In this document: piece after piece, positions 42,570-52,518 of the stretch
Position numbering within the stretch: position 1 is the first letter of the stretch
How the letters are laid out: each line of letters opens with the position of its first letter
Assembly: GCA_035306945.1 (NCBI GenBank)
Contig: DATGNB010000084.1
Location: 6,038 to 70,037 of the forward strand
Source of the DNA: Marinobacter sp.
Lineage (GTDB): Bacteria > Pseudomonadota > Gammaproteobacteria > Pseudomonadales > Oleiphilaceae
DNA length: 64,000 nt
Reading direction: 5' to 3'
The notes under the pieces: model-generated
The model's database searches: none
Seen by the model: only the letters and a program-made list of their open reading frames with translations
Told to the model about the DNA's origin: nothing
Position numbers and translations under genes: made by a program

Positions 42570-43748
42570 ATGCGTGATGTCGTGATTGTGGCTGCCCGGC
42601 GTACCGCCGTCGGCAGTTTTTCCGGAGGCTTGTCGAGCCTGCGTGCAGACCAGCTTGGCTCAGCGGTGATTCAGGCGCTGATGGAGGAGACCGGCGTTGC
42701 CGGCGAACAGGTGAGCGAGGTTATCCTTGGCCAGGTCCTGACCGCTGGCAGCGGCCAGAACCCGGCCCGTCAGGCTGCCATTAATGCCGGCCTGCCCCAC
42801 TCCGTGCCCGCCATGACCATCAACAAGGTCTGCGGCTCGGGCCTGAAGGCGGTGCACATGGCAGTCCAGGCGATCCGGAGCGGGGATGCCGAGATCATCA
42901 TCGCCGGTGGTCAGGAAAGCATGAGTCAGGCGCCCCACGTACTGCCCAACAGCCGTAACGGCCAACGGATGGGTAACTGGAGCATGATCGATACCATGGT
43001 GCACGACGGCCTGTGGGACGCCTTTAACGACTACCACATGGGCATCACCGCAGAAAACATCGTTGAGAAATACGGCATCAGCCGCGAAGAACAGGATGCC
43101 TTTGCGGCAGCGTCCCAGCAGAAAGCTATTGCCGCCCAGCAGGCAGGCCACTTTGACAGCCAGATCGTTCCGGTCACCATTCCCCAGCGCAAGGGCGACC
43201 CCATCGTTGTGGCGAAGGACGAAGGTCCCCGGGACGGCACAACCAGCGACAGCCTGGCCAGACTGCGTCCGGCATTCAGGAAAGACGGTACCGTAACCGC
43301 CGGCAACGCCTCATCCCTGAACGACGGCGCAGCAGCAGTGATGGTATGCAGTGCTGACAAGGCGAAGGCGCTGGGCCTGACCCCGCTGGCCACCATCAAG
43401 GCCCACGCAAGCGCCGGTGTTGACCCCACAATCATGGGTACCGGCCCCATCCCCGCCAGCCGCCGCTGCCTGGAACGGGCCGGCTGGAGCCCAGAAGATC
43501 TGGATCTGATCGAGGCGAACGAAGCTTTTGCCGCTCAGGCCATTTCGGTTAACCGGGACATGGGCTGGGACACCAGCAAAGTGAACGTGAACGGCGGTGC
43601 CATTGCCATCGGCCATCCGATCGGTGCTTCCGGTTGCCGTATCCTGGTGACCCTGCTGCACGAAATGGTTCGCCGCGACGCCAAAAAAGGTCTGGCCACC
43701 CTGTGCATTGGCGGCGGGCTGGGTGTCGCTCTGGCTGTTGAGCGCTGA
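42570..43748 (+). CDS. Acetyl-CoA C-acetyltransferase (PhaA/AtoB-type thiolase)
   Basis: [30 protein letters not shown]. Confidence 0.93.
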   Translation: MRDVVIVAARRTAVGSFSGGLSSLRADQLGSAVIQALMEETGVAGEQVSEVILGQVLTAGSGQNPARQAAINAGLPHSVPAMTINKVCGSGLKAVHMAVQAIRSGDAEIIIAGGQESMSQAPHVLPNSRNGQRMGNWSMIDTMVHDGLWDAFNDYHMGITAENIVEKYGISREEQDAFAAASQQKAIAAQQAGHFDSQIVPVTIPQRKGDPIVVAKDEGPRDGTTSDSLARLRPAFRKDGTVTAGNASSLNDGAAAVMVCSADKAKALGLTPLATIKAHASAGVDPTIMGTGPIPASRRCLERAGWSPEDLDLIEANEAFAAQAISVNRDMGWDTSKVNVNGGAIAIGHPIGASGCRILVTLLHEMVRRDAKKGLATLCIGGGLGVALAVER

Positions 43749-44248
43749 TGCTGAATGTGGTTCTGTATGAGCCGGAGATACCGCCGAACACCGGCAATAT
43801 CATCCGGCTCTGCGCCAACACCGGCTGCCAGCTGCACCTGATCGAACCTCTGGGGTTTTCCCTGGAAGACAAACAGATGCGGCGGGCCGGGTTGGACTAC
43901 CGCGAATACGCCACCGTCAGAGTCCATTCTGATTACGCCGCTTTTCTGGCTTCCGAGCAGCCGGCACGGCTGTTCGGACTCAGCACCAAAGCGTCCCGAA
44001 CCTACCATGAGGTTACCTATCAGGAGGGTGACTACCTGATGTTCGGGCCGGAAACCCGCGGGTTACCGGAAGCCGTCCGTAACAGCCTGCCGAACGGCCA
44101 CAGGCTGAGGGTACCCATGCGCCCGGAAAGCCGAAGCCTTAATCTTGCCAATACGGCGGCGCTGGTGGTTTATGAAGCCTGGCGACAGCTGGGGTTCAAC
44201 GGCGCCACCTGCCCGGAAGGCTTCGCCACCGGCACCACGATCGGGTAG
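43748..44248 (+). CDS. trmL: tRNA (C/U34) 2'-O-methyltransferase
   Basis: [34 protein letters not shown]. Confidence 0.95.
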   Translation: MLNVVLYEPEIPPNTGNIIRLCANTGCQLHLIEPLGFSLEDKQMRRAGLDYREYATVRVHSDYAAFLASEQPARLFGLSTKASRTYHEVTYQEGDYLMFGPETRGLPEAVRNSLPNGHRLRVPMRPESRSLNLANTAALVVYEAWRQLGFNGATCPEGFATGTTIG

Positions 44249-44985
44249 CCTTCCGGTAACTGCATCACCCGGGCCCGGAAACCATACGCGGCCTCCAGCA
44301 CCGCCGGCGTGAGTACCTCCTGCGCGACGCCATCGCACAACCGGCGGCCCGCGCGCATGACCATCAGACGATCAGCAAACTGGGCAGCAAGATTCAGATC
44401 ATGAACGATGGCAAGCACAGCAATGCCATGTTCCTTTGCCCGCGTCCGGATCAGTTCCAGTACCAGCTGCTGATGGGCCGGGTCCAGCGCCGAGGTACAT
44501 TCATCCAGCAACAACAAGCGCTGGCCCGGGGTGTCCAGGATCTGCCCCAGTACCCGCGCCAGCTGCAGCCGCTGTTGTTCACCACCCGACAAGCCTGGCA
44601 CCAGGCGATGGCGCAGATGGCCAATATCCAGCTCTGCCATCAGCTGCTCAGGCACCGGATCGGGCTGATGCCGCAGCCCTCGCGGGCGCCCCATGGCCAC
44701 CACCTCTTCCACGGTCAGGGGGAAATTGACATCGACCCGCTGAGGCATAACCGCCCGGTGCCGTGCCAGCTGCCGCGGATGCCATTCGCTGAGGCTGCGC
44801 CCCGCCAGTGTCATCACACCGGTTGCCGGCAACTCCCCCGCCAGCGCCTTGAGCAAGGTGGATTTACCGGCCCCGTTCGGGCCCAGAACCATCAGCAATT
44901 CACCCCTGGCCACCGACAGGCTCAGGTTATCGACAATCCGGGTTCCGCCCCGCGAGACACAGAGATTTCTCACAGCCAGAGCCAT
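44170..44985 (-). CDS. hmuV: Heme ABC transporter ATPase
   Basis: [35 protein letters not shown]. Confidence 0.9.
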   Translation of the reverse strand: MALAVRNLCVSRGGTRIVDNLSLSVARGELLMVLGPNGAGKSTLLKALAGELPATGVMTLAGRSLSEWHPRQLARHRAVMPQRVDVNFPLTVEEVVAMGRPRGLRHQPDPVPEQLMAELDIGHLRHRLVPGLSGGEQQRLQLARVLGQILDTPGQRLLLLDECTSALDPAHQQLVLELIRTRAKEHGIAVLAIVHDLNLAAQFADRLMVMRAGRRLCDGVAQEVLTPAVLEAAYGFRARVMQLPEGYPIVVPVAKPSGQVAPLNPSCRQAS

Positions 44986-46022
44986 TACACCACCTTTCCA
45001 CGCATCAACAGTCCCAGAAAAAACGGCCCGCCGATCAGCGCCATCATCAGGCCGATGGGCAATTCGGCAGGGCTGACCACCACCCGGGCCAGAGAGTCTG
45101 CGGCCACCAGCAGGGTGCCGCCCAGCACCGCGCTCAGCGGCAGCACCACGCGATGGCTGGCACCCAGCAGCTGACGTACCAGATGGGGCACCACCAGCCC
45201 CACGAATCCGATCAGCCCGCTCACCGCCACCGCCGCCCCGACCCCCAATCCGACCACAAGGATGGCCAGTTTCTTGACAGCAACCGTACGATAGCCCAGA
45301 TGGCCCGCCACCGGCTCGCCGAGCAGGAACGCATCCAGGGGGCGGGTCAGCCCCGGTGCCACCAGCAGAGCCAGCAGCATGAAGGGCGCACCAAGCACAA
45401 GATCTTCCCAGTCAGCGTGCCCGAGACTGCCCATGGTCCAGAAGGTAAGTGATCGCAGCTCCTCATCCGAGGCATAGAAGGTCAGCAGCCCGGTGGCCGC
45501 CCCCGCTACCGCATTGATCGCGATTCCGACCAGCAACAGGGTGGCAATTGACCCCTGTCCGGCGCGGTTGGCAATCCACCAGGCCAGAAACACCGTACCA
45601 CTGCCGCCGGCAAACGCGGCCAGGGGCAGTGCCCACTGGCCGGCGACCGCCAGCCAGCCACCGAGCCAGGTACCGCCAAGCACAATCACCGCGATGGCCG
45701 CCAGCGAGGCGCCGGCGGACACCCCGATCAGGCCGGGGTCCGCAAGCGGGTTGCGAAACAGCCCCTGCAGGATCGCACCGGACACCGCCAGGACCGCCCC
45801 GACCAGAAACCCCAGCAGAAACCGAGGTAAACGTACCTCCAGCAGAACCATGGCGGCCACCGGGTCGGCTGTCTTGCTCCGCATCAGAACCTGGCCAATC
45901 TCTGCCCAGGCCAGCGGGTAGGCGCCCTGGGTGATCGAAAGGCCGGCAGTCACCACCGCGACCACCAGGATGATCAGCAGGGAGCGCCGGTACCCGAGAC
46001 GGCCCGCAGCGTCACGAACCAT
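44985..46022 (-). CDS. hmuU: Heme ABC transporter permease (FecCD family)
   Basis: RLPR, QGLFRNPLADP, GLIGFVGLVVPH, ELPIG. Confidence 0.9.
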   Translation of the reverse strand: MVRDAAGRLGYRRSLLIILVVAVVTAGLSITQGAYPLAWAEIGQVLMRSKTADPVAAMVLLEVRLPRFLLGFLVGAVLAVSGAILQGLFRNPLADPGLIGVSAGASLAAIAVIVLGGTWLGGWLAVAGQWALPLAAFAGGSGTVFLAWWIANRAGQGSIATLLLVGIAINAVAGAATGLLTFYASDEELRSLTFWTMGSLGHADWEDLVLGAPFMLLALLVAPGLTRPLDAFLLGEPVAGHLGYRTVAVKKLAILVVGLGVGAAVAVSGLIGFVGLVVPHLVRQLLGASHRVVLPLSAVLGGTLLVAADSLARVVVSPAELPIGLMMALIGGPFFLGLLMRGKVV

Positions 46023-46860
46023 GAGCCAGCGCATGCGTCGCCGACGGCAGCACCCTGTTTACCGCAGCCATTGCCTGCGGCAAACGGGGGCCAAAGCCCA
46101 GCAGAAACATGCTGTCGGCCACCAGATAATGGCCCGACTGCCAGGCCCCGAGGCGGGCCAGTTCCGGCCAGGCGCCGATATCGAACTGCCCCGGTGTCGA
46201 CTCTGCAATCACGATGGCATCCGGATTCAGGGCCAGCATGGCTTCCCGGTTCGCTGGCTTGTAGCCCTGGACTCCCGTTACGGCGTTGCGGGCGTTGACC
46301 GTTTCCAGCAAGGCCGCTGCTGCCGTGTCCTCGCCCGCCAGCATCACCGAATGGTTACCGGCCGCCAGAATGAACAGCACCCGGGGCCGGGTGCCACGCT
46401 TCAATGCGGCGTTTCTCACTTCGTTGGTGTGGCTTTGCAGCTGTGCCACGATGGCTTCGGCGTGCTCCGACCGGCCCAGCAACTGACCAACGGCTTCAAC
46501 ACGTGCCAGTGCGGTTTTGATGGTCCAGGCTGAGGGAAGCTTTTCCACCCTCACCCCGGCCCGGGCCAGCCGCTCCAGATTGTCCTGCGGTGCTGCCTGC
46601 TCGGAGGTAATCAACAGGTCCGGCCTGACCGCCAACACCCCCTCGAAGGGCAGCGCCCGCAGGTAACCCACGGTGGGTAGCGTCCGGACCGCATCGGGAT
46701 AACGACTGGTGCTATCAACCGCCACCAGGTGCGACTCCATCCCCAGCAGGTAGACGGTTTCAGTAATGGCACCATCCGCGGTCACGACCCGCAGGGACTC
46801 TGCAGCCACCAGCCACGGCATCCCCCAGGCCAGCACGCACAGCAAAACCACCCGCTTCAC
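46012..46860 (-). CDS. hmuT: Heme ABC transporter periplasmic binding protein
   Basis: Signal peptide; VDSTSRYP, VGYLRAL (heme-ligating Tyr), LLGFGPR. Confidence 0.88.
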   Translation of the reverse strand: MKRVVLLCVLAWGMPWLVAAESLRVVTADGAITETVYLLGMESHLVAVDSTSRYPDAVRTLPTVGYLRALPFEGVLAVRPDLLITSEQAAPQDNLERLARAGVRVEKLPSAWTIKTALARVEAVGQLLGRSEHAEAIVAQLQSHTNEVRNAALKRGTRPRVLFILAAGNHSVMLAGEDTAAAALLETVNARNAVTGVQGYKPANREAMLALNPDAIVIAESTPGQFDIGAWPELARLGAWQSGHYLVADSMFLLGFGPRLPQAMAAVNRVLPSATHALAHGS

Positions 46861-47930
46861 GACAGCGCTTCCAGGGTGCTGACCTGCGCCCGCCAGTGAT
46901 CGGATTCCGGGATGCCCGGTTTGCGCGCGCCAAAGACGGTAAGCACCAGTTCGCCATCGTTATTGAAGGCTTCTACGGAGGTGATCAGACCATCGGTGGA
47001 AGGGCGGCGAACCACCCACCAGCGCCGGACCTCATCCGTATTGGCATGAAGGTTAAAACCGTCATCCAGCACGTTCATCCAGGAGCCGGTCCGGCGCAGA
47101 TTAACCACCTGGCCGGTATAAATCTGCACGATGCCCGGGTTGCCGACAAAGAACATCGCGGGGCACAGGTTATCCCTCAGCAACGTCAGCAGGCAGTCCA
47201 GTACCTCACCATCTGTCCGCTGCAGCTCGGTAGCCCACTCGCCCCGTACTATCTCCAGGGCGGTGAGCCGGTCCGTCCCGGCCCGTTTTAACAATGCATT
47301 GAAATGATGCACATCCTTGAGTTGCTGCCAGCCCTCCCGCAGAAGCTCAGCATTTACCTCCGCAACCGGCACGCGCGCCGGCACCTCACGCTTGCCTGCC
47401 GCCACGAAAGGCGCCAGCCGGGGCCCGCGATAGTCCGCCAGCAATCCGGCCCAGGCCCGGGCGTCGGTCTGCTCTACCCGATAGATCTTATGCACCGCCG
47501 TTCCGTAACGGTCGAAGAACTGCAGGCTTTCGCGCAGGCCCGAACGGACCTCCTCCCGCACCCAATAGCCCCAGGCCCAGTTATTGAAAAATACCCGGAT
47601 GTCGATTTCACCCACTGCCAGCCCCATCGCACCAGACTTGCCGGCGGTGAAGTTACTGAAGGTACCGGTGACTTCATGCACGGCTTCGTTATTGCGGGTG
47701 AGGATCATCACCGGCCCCACAGTTTCCAGCGATTTAAGCAGCTCGGCGAAGCGGTTCTGAAGAGGAATCAGGGCATCCTCATCCCGCAGCCTGATCAGCT
47801 CCATCTCGCTGACTCCCAGCCTGTCGGCCACGCTGCGGATACGCAGGTTGGGCTCTGCTGCCAGCAGGGCCTGCCAGCGCCCGGCCAGCGTTTGGTCCGG
47901 GGTTGTCGTCGCAAGGGTAGTCGTATCCAT
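46857..47930 (-). CDS. hmuS: Heme utilization/degradation protein HemS/ChuS family
   Basis: TRNNEAVHE, SLQFFD.YG.AVHK, DVHHF, FVGNPG, FNLH. Confidence 0.9.
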   Translation of the reverse strand: MDTTTLATTTPDQTLAGRWQALLAAEPNLRIRSVADRLGVSEMELIRLRDEDALIPLQNRFAELLKSLETVGPVMILTRNNEAVHEVTGTFSNFTAGKSGAMGLAVGEIDIRVFFNNWAWGYWVREEVRSGLRESLQFFDRYGTAVHKIYRVEQTDARAWAGLLADYRGPRLAPFVAAGKREVPARVPVAEVNAELLREGWQQLKDVHHFNALLKRAGTDRLTALEIVRGEWATELQRTDGEVLDCLLTLLRDNLCPAMFFVGNPGIVQIYTGQVVNLRRTGSWMNVLDDGFNLHANTDEVRRWWVVRRPSTDGLITSVEAFNNDGELVLTVFGARKPGIPESDHWRAQVSTLEALS

Positions 47931-47933
47931 GAT

Positions 47934-49085
47934 TTACTCCTGAGTCTGTGTGGTTTGTACCGGTAACCAGCGCACGGATGGGTAACCGCTGTCGCCGCTG
48001 TCGTCGTAATAACCAATGATCTGCAGGGCCCATACGTCAGATTGCGGGTCGTTAACATCTGCCTTGATCAGGAAAGTCCGGAAGTTGGGCCAGATCTTGT
48101 GCTGCTGGCTCAGGTTGTAGGCATACCAGGAATGCTCCGCAAACACGCCACCGGTGGCGTCTGAGGTATAGATCTGACTGACTCCGGGGTCGCCTGCCAG
48201 GGCATCGGCCTCGGCCCAGCTCATGGCATCAGATGCTCCGCCGTTACCGCTGCCGGAAACTCCGCTGTTCGACTTGAGGTACCAGTCACGGCCGGAAAAT
48301 CCGACCTGAACGTCCCAGGTGCCGGCAGTAGCGCAATCGACCACCGCGCCGGCATCAAAGTCGAAGCAGGCGTCGCCTCCGTTATAGTCTTCGGGCGGAG
48401 TGAAACTCACCGGAGTGGCAGAGAAACCGGACGCACCCGGGGCCTGAACCTCAAACTCAAAGGTGAAGTCTTCGATGCCCGCGCCGCTGCGGGTCGGGAA
48501 GCTGAAGTCCACCACTTTCATACGGGCATAGCTGTTGCCTTCGGCCGAGCGCACCAGATAGGCCACGTCCGGGAGCGCGGAGATGACACCGCCATCGCCA
48601 TATACCGACCAGCTGGTGGACGCTCCGAAGGCGCTGGAAAAGGCATCTTCCTGCCAGTTCGACGGCTCATCAAACCGGCCCAGCAGATGCTCTTCTTCCG
48701 AGTTGACGGTGGCATTGATGAATACGTTGGCGTCCGGCGCTCCCCCCGCCAGGTAGAAGTCGTCCTGTGGTACCGCCAGCGCACCACCCACGCGCCCGTG
48801 TCCGGAAGCGCCGCTGTTGAGCCTGAAGCTCAGCCGGTTGGCGGCGATGTGCCAGTCATCGGTTTCACCCACCAGGGCTCCGGTTTCCAGGTTCAGGTAG
48901 GCCGTGCCGCTGACGGCGGGCAACTGCCTGACCGCAATCTCCGAATCCGCCACCCCTGCACCACCGCTGTTTCCGGACGCGGCGTCATGGTTGTCCACCA
49001 GATCCTTGTCACTGCCACCGCCACAAGCCGTCAGCATCGCTGCCAGCAGAGCGATGGCCGGGGGGCGGCTGTCAAAAAATGTCAT
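47934..49085 (-). CDS. Lipoprotein with two HmuY-like heme-binding repeats
   Basis: Lipobox LTAC; repeated YLNLETG...WHI...NSGASGHG and FDFDAG...WDV...NSGVSGSG; WYAY...H; QIIGYY. Confidence 0.75.
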   Translation of the reverse strand: MTFFDSRPPAIALLAAMLTACGGGSDKDLVDNHDAASGNSGGAGVADSEIAVRQLPAVSGTAYLNLETGALVGETDDWHIAANRLSFRLNSGASGHGRVGGALAVPQDDFYLAGGAPDANVFINATVNSEEEHLLGRFDEPSNWQEDAFSSAFGASTSWSVYGDGGVISALPDVAYLVRSAEGNSYARMKVVDFSFPTRSGAGIEDFTFEFEVQAPGASGFSATPVSFTPPEDYNGGDACFDFDAGAVVDCATAGTWDVQVGFSGRDWYLKSNSGVSGSGNGGASDAMSWAEADALAGDPGVSQIYTSDATGGVFAEHSWYAYNLSQQHKIWPNFRTFLIKADVNDPQSDVWALQIIGYYDDSGDSGYPSVRWLPVQTTQTQE

Positions 49086-49119
49086 GGGTGTCTCCTTCCG
49101 TTGGTTTTGTTGGTGGGGG

Positions 49120-51099
49120 TTATTTGCCAAGGGCGACCGTCAACCCCGTGTACACAAAGCGGCCGGCGATCGGCCGCAGGTCTTCTTCGGTCCGGGTAAA
49201 GTCACGCTGTTCATTAGTGACATTATCGGCACCGGCAAACAGCCGGATGGCTCCGGAAATCTGATAGTTAAGCTTCAGGTCTGCGGTGGTGTAGGCTGGC
49301 GAGCGAAGGTCGGCCGCGGCGGTGACAAATTCGCTGCTCTGGTAGCGAATCCGGGCACTCCAGGACAACCCCGGCAGGAACAGGGGGCCGTCGATACCGA
49401 GATTGCCCTGGTGACGGGGGCGGCGGTTAAGCTCGTCACCGGTTTCCCGGTCTTCCGTTCGGGTGTAGGTGTAGCCTGCGGTCAGGCGCCAGTCCGCCCC
49501 GGGCTCCCAGCCAACTGTGGATTCCACGCCCCAGGTACGGGCCCGGGCAATATTTTCGTAGCGATACTCGGCCACACCATCGGTGACCACGCCCGTGCCC
49601 GAGGTCTGTATCAGCTCCTTGATATCGTTGTAAAAAGCATTCACTTCAAACCAGGCTTGCCGGTCCCAGCCAAGCCCGCCACCAAACTGGTAACTCAGGG
49701 ACTCTTCCGGCCGAAGTTGGTCAGTTCCTGTGACGACATAACCCAGGGAGCTGTGGTCGAATACATAATGCCGTTCTTTGAGATTGGGCACCCGATACCC
49801 CGTGCCGACACCGCCCCGGAGGAAGCCGTTAAGAGTGTCGGTCCGGATCAGGTCATAGCGGGCATTGATCTTGGGGGCCGTGTGGGTGCCAAAATCGGAG
49901 TCGTGCTGCACCCGTACCCCGGGCACCAGCTCCAGATTTGCGGTTGGCATCCAGGTGTCCTGCAACCAGAGCTCCTGCCCGTCCCGGGTCTTGCGACCGG
50001 TCAGCTCAGAACGCCCGTCGAGCGTCTGATCGAGCCGTTCCCGGGTAACATCCACCCCACCCTGAAGGTGATGACTGGCACCCAGGGGACCACCCAGGTG
50101 AGCGGAGATTCGCGACAGCTCAGACTCAGCCTGACGGGCGTCGAAGACACGGCTGGCAGAGTATTTGACGGTGTCGTCGTGGAGGGTTTCGTGAACAGCT
50201 GACCAGCCACCGCGGAACTGGCCGGCGCGGCCGTGGTCGCCGGCCAGCGTCAGACGGGTACGCTCAACCACTTCATCTTTACCCTGGTTGGCGTTAACCG
50301 GCGGGCCCAGCCGATAGCGGGATTCCGAGTCTTCCTCAAAGCGGGCAACCGAACCGCTCAGGCGGTGATCTTCATCAGGCGTCCAGTCAGCGCGGAACGT
50401 GAGGTCGGTGCGGTCATACTCATCACCAGGCTGGGCCCAGGTCTCCGGCTCCGGATCGAGGCCGTCTGAATGCTGATGGGATGCCGATAGCCGCAGCGCA
50501 AGCCGGTCAGTACCGCCCTGAACCGTGGCACGGGTGCTGTAGCGGGCGGCATCGGCATCGTCTCCGGACGGGTTCTGCCTCCCGTAACTGCCGGCATCGG
50601 CCGTAAGCTCAGCGGCGAAGCCGGAGTGGGCCGGGCGGGTGATGACGTTGATCACTCCGCCAATCCCCGAGCTACCGTACTGGGCCGAAACAGCGCCCTT
50701 AACCACTTCAATCCGCTCGATATCCAGCGCCGCCAACTGACTGACATCAACAGCCGAGCCGGTGGTGGCCGTCATCGGCATGCCATCAATCAGAATAAGT
50801 ACGCGGTCAGCCGCAATCCCCTGTAACCACACCTCATAGCCGGGTTTACCATGGATTTCCCGGAGCTGGAGGCCTGGTACATGTTGCAGAGCGTCTTTCA
50901 GACTGCGGGCGTGAGTCCGCTTCAGTTCTTCGGCACTGACCACCTCGGTACGTACCGGCGTGTCTGTTAACAGACGTTCCGTCCGGGTTCCCGTTACTAC
51001 CAGTTCGTCAAGATAGCGGGGCGCAGCCTGTGCGGTCAGGGCATTGCTCAGGAGTATCGCAGCGATCGGCCATCCAAGGCCGGGGTGTCTAGGATCCAT
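49120..51099 (-). CDS. TonB-dependent outer-membrane receptor (probably heme)
   Basis: TonB box DELVVTGT, LILIDG, IERIEVVKG..S..YG...GGVINVIT; YRVP...H...LRPEES; first gene of the hmu operon. Confidence 0.9.
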   Translation of the reverse strand: MDPRHPGLGWPIAAILLSNALTAQAAPRYLDELVVTGTRTERLLTDTPVRTEVVSAEELKRTHARSLKDALQHVPGLQLREIHGKPGYEVWLQGIAADRVLILIDGMPMTATTGSAVDVSQLAALDIERIEVVKGAVSAQYGSSGIGGVINVITRPAHSGFAAELTADAGSYGRQNPSGDDADAARYSTRATVQGGTDRLALRLSASHQHSDGLDPEPETWAQPGDEYDRTDLTFRADWTPDEDHRLSGSVARFEEDSESRYRLGPPVNANQGKDEVVERTRLTLAGDHGRAGQFRGGWSAVHETLHDDTVKYSASRVFDARQAESELSRISAHLGGPLGASHHLQGGVDVTRERLDQTLDGRSELTGRKTRDGQELWLQDTWMPTANLELVPGVRVQHDSDFGTHTAPKINARYDLIRTDTLNGFLRGGVGTGYRVPNLKERHYVFDHSSLGYVVTGTDQLRPEESLSYQFGGGLGWDRQAWFEVNAFYNDIKELIQTSGTGVVTDGVAEYRYENIARARTWGVESTVGWEPGADWRLTAGYTYTRTEDRETGDELNRRPRHQGNLGIDGPLFLPGLSWSARIRYQSSEFVTAAADLRSPAYTTADLKLNYQISGAIRLFAGADNVTNEQRDFTRTEEDLRPIAGRFVYTGLTVALGK

Positions 51100-51119
51100 A
51101 ATAAACCAACGTCGTTATC

Positions 51120-51161
51120 GTTAATGAAAACGATTATCGTTTAGTTTATTTTTTGCGTCAA
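51120..51161 (-). promoter_or_regulatory. Fur-repressed sigma70 promoter of the heme uptake operon
   Basis: GTTAATGAAAACGATTATC (51120-51138), 15/19 to the Fur box, overlapping -10 GATAAT; -35 TTGACG 17 bp upstream. Confidence 0.8.
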
Positions 51162-51189
51162 CTACTTATTGATAAAAATCAAACAGGCA

Positions 51190-51219
51190 TAAAAAAACCG
51201 GCCGAAGCCGGTTCTTTCT
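51190..51219 (-). terminator. Rho-independent terminator after secB (possibly bidirectional)
   Basis: A7-flanked AACCGGC-CGAA-GCCGGTT hairpin. Confidence 0.8.
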
Positions 51220-51234
51220 ATCCACAGAAGCCTG

Positions 51235-51732
51235 TCAGTGGGTCTGCTCTTCCCTGACCTCACCGGCCGCTTCTTCCTGCTTGCGCTTGAGCGCCTGGGC
51301 ATAGATGGCATCGAAGTTCACCGGAGCCAGCATCAGCGCCGGGAAGCTGCCGCGGTTTACCGTCGCATCGATGGCCTCACGGGCGTAGGGGAAAAGAATG
51401 TTCGGGCAATAGGCACCCAGCATCTGGCCCAGTTGTGCCCCTTCGATACCGGCAAGCAGGAAGACACCGGCCTGCTGGATTTCAACAATATAGGCCACTT
51501 TTTCGCCCAGCTTGGCAGTCACGGTGAGCGACAGCACAACTTCGTACTGGTTGTCGCTGACTTTGTTGTGGGCCGTGTTCAGGTCCAGGTTGACCTGGGG
51601 CTTCCATTGTTCCTGAAAGACCAGAGGTGAGTTCGGCGACTCGAAAGACAGGTCCTTCACATAAATGCGCTGGAGGGCGAACTGGGGTTGGTTCTGGTTT
51701 TCGTTGCCTGCGGCTTGCTGGTTCTCAGCCAT
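51235..51732 (-). CDS. secB: Protein export chaperone SecB
   Basis: [32 protein letters not shown]. Confidence 0.97.
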   Translation of the reverse strand: MAENQQAAGNENQNQPQFALQRIYVKDLSFESPNSPLVFQEQWKPQVNLDLNTAHNKVSDNQYEVVLSLTVTAKLGEKVAYIVEIQQAGVFLLAGIEGAQLGQMLGAYCPNILFPYAREAIDATVNRGSFPALMLAPVNFDAIYAQALKRKQEEAAGEVREEQTH

Positions 51733-51877
51733 GATCAGTCCTTTCGTTCTCGTAGATCGGGCGCGCCTTTGCTCAGGCAGCCCGCGGTTATAGTCACGCG
51801 TACCGGAGCAGTCTAAACACAGGGCCCGGCGAGTAATGTGAAACAGTGCGTCAGATCCGCAAACAGATCAAGCCCTG

Positions 51878-52294
51878 TTATTTTTTCACCAGCGGCAGAT
51901 TGCTCGCTTTCCAGTCCGCAATACCTCCGTTCAGGCGGGTCACGTCAGCAAAGCCTTTTTCCTTCAGATGCTTTACCGCCAGAGAGGCGTGCTGTCCCAT
52001 CTTGTCGACCACAATGATCTGCTTGTCTTTATGCTTGTCCAGCTCGTTGGCCCGATCCTTGATGCTGCTCAGCGGAATATTGAGCGAGCCCGTGATACGG
52101 CCTTCACCAAACTCTTTTCGATCCCGGATATCCACCACCACAGCTTCATCCCTGTTGATCAGGGACACCGCAACCTGCGCGGAAATCCTGGCTCCGCCCC
52201 GACGGGACTCCAGTACCAGAAGCGCCAGCAGCAACGCCACAAAAGCCGATACCAGTATGTAGTGGTTAACAACGAATTCAAACAAGCGGTCCAT
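51878..52294 (-). CDS. yibN: Rhodanese-like membrane protein YibN
   Basis: N-terminal TM; VVDIR, GRITGSLNIP, LNGGIADW; conserved position next to secB/gpmI. Confidence 0.85.
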   Translation of the reverse strand: MDRLFEFVVNHYILVSAFVALLLALLVLESRRGGARISAQVAVSLINRDEAVVVDIRDRKEFGEGRITGSLNIPLSSIKDRANELDKHKDKQIIVVDKMGQHASLAVKHLKEKGFADVTRLNGGIADWKASNLPLVKK

Positions 52295-52518
52295 GAAACT
52301 ACCCTGAAAATTTGGTTTGGCGAGATTATACACACCCCTCCCCGGTCAAAGAAGGCGACGCTGACTGCCCGTCATCGACACCCATAGTCTCAGCCTGTCA
52401 ACCCGATACACCGCTGTGGCCCCGGGTGCGTGGCCTGCGCAAATGAAAACAGTTACAATCTGACCCACTTTGAGCACATTCATGCTTAAGCTGTTTTCGC
52501 AACCAACCGGACAAAACG

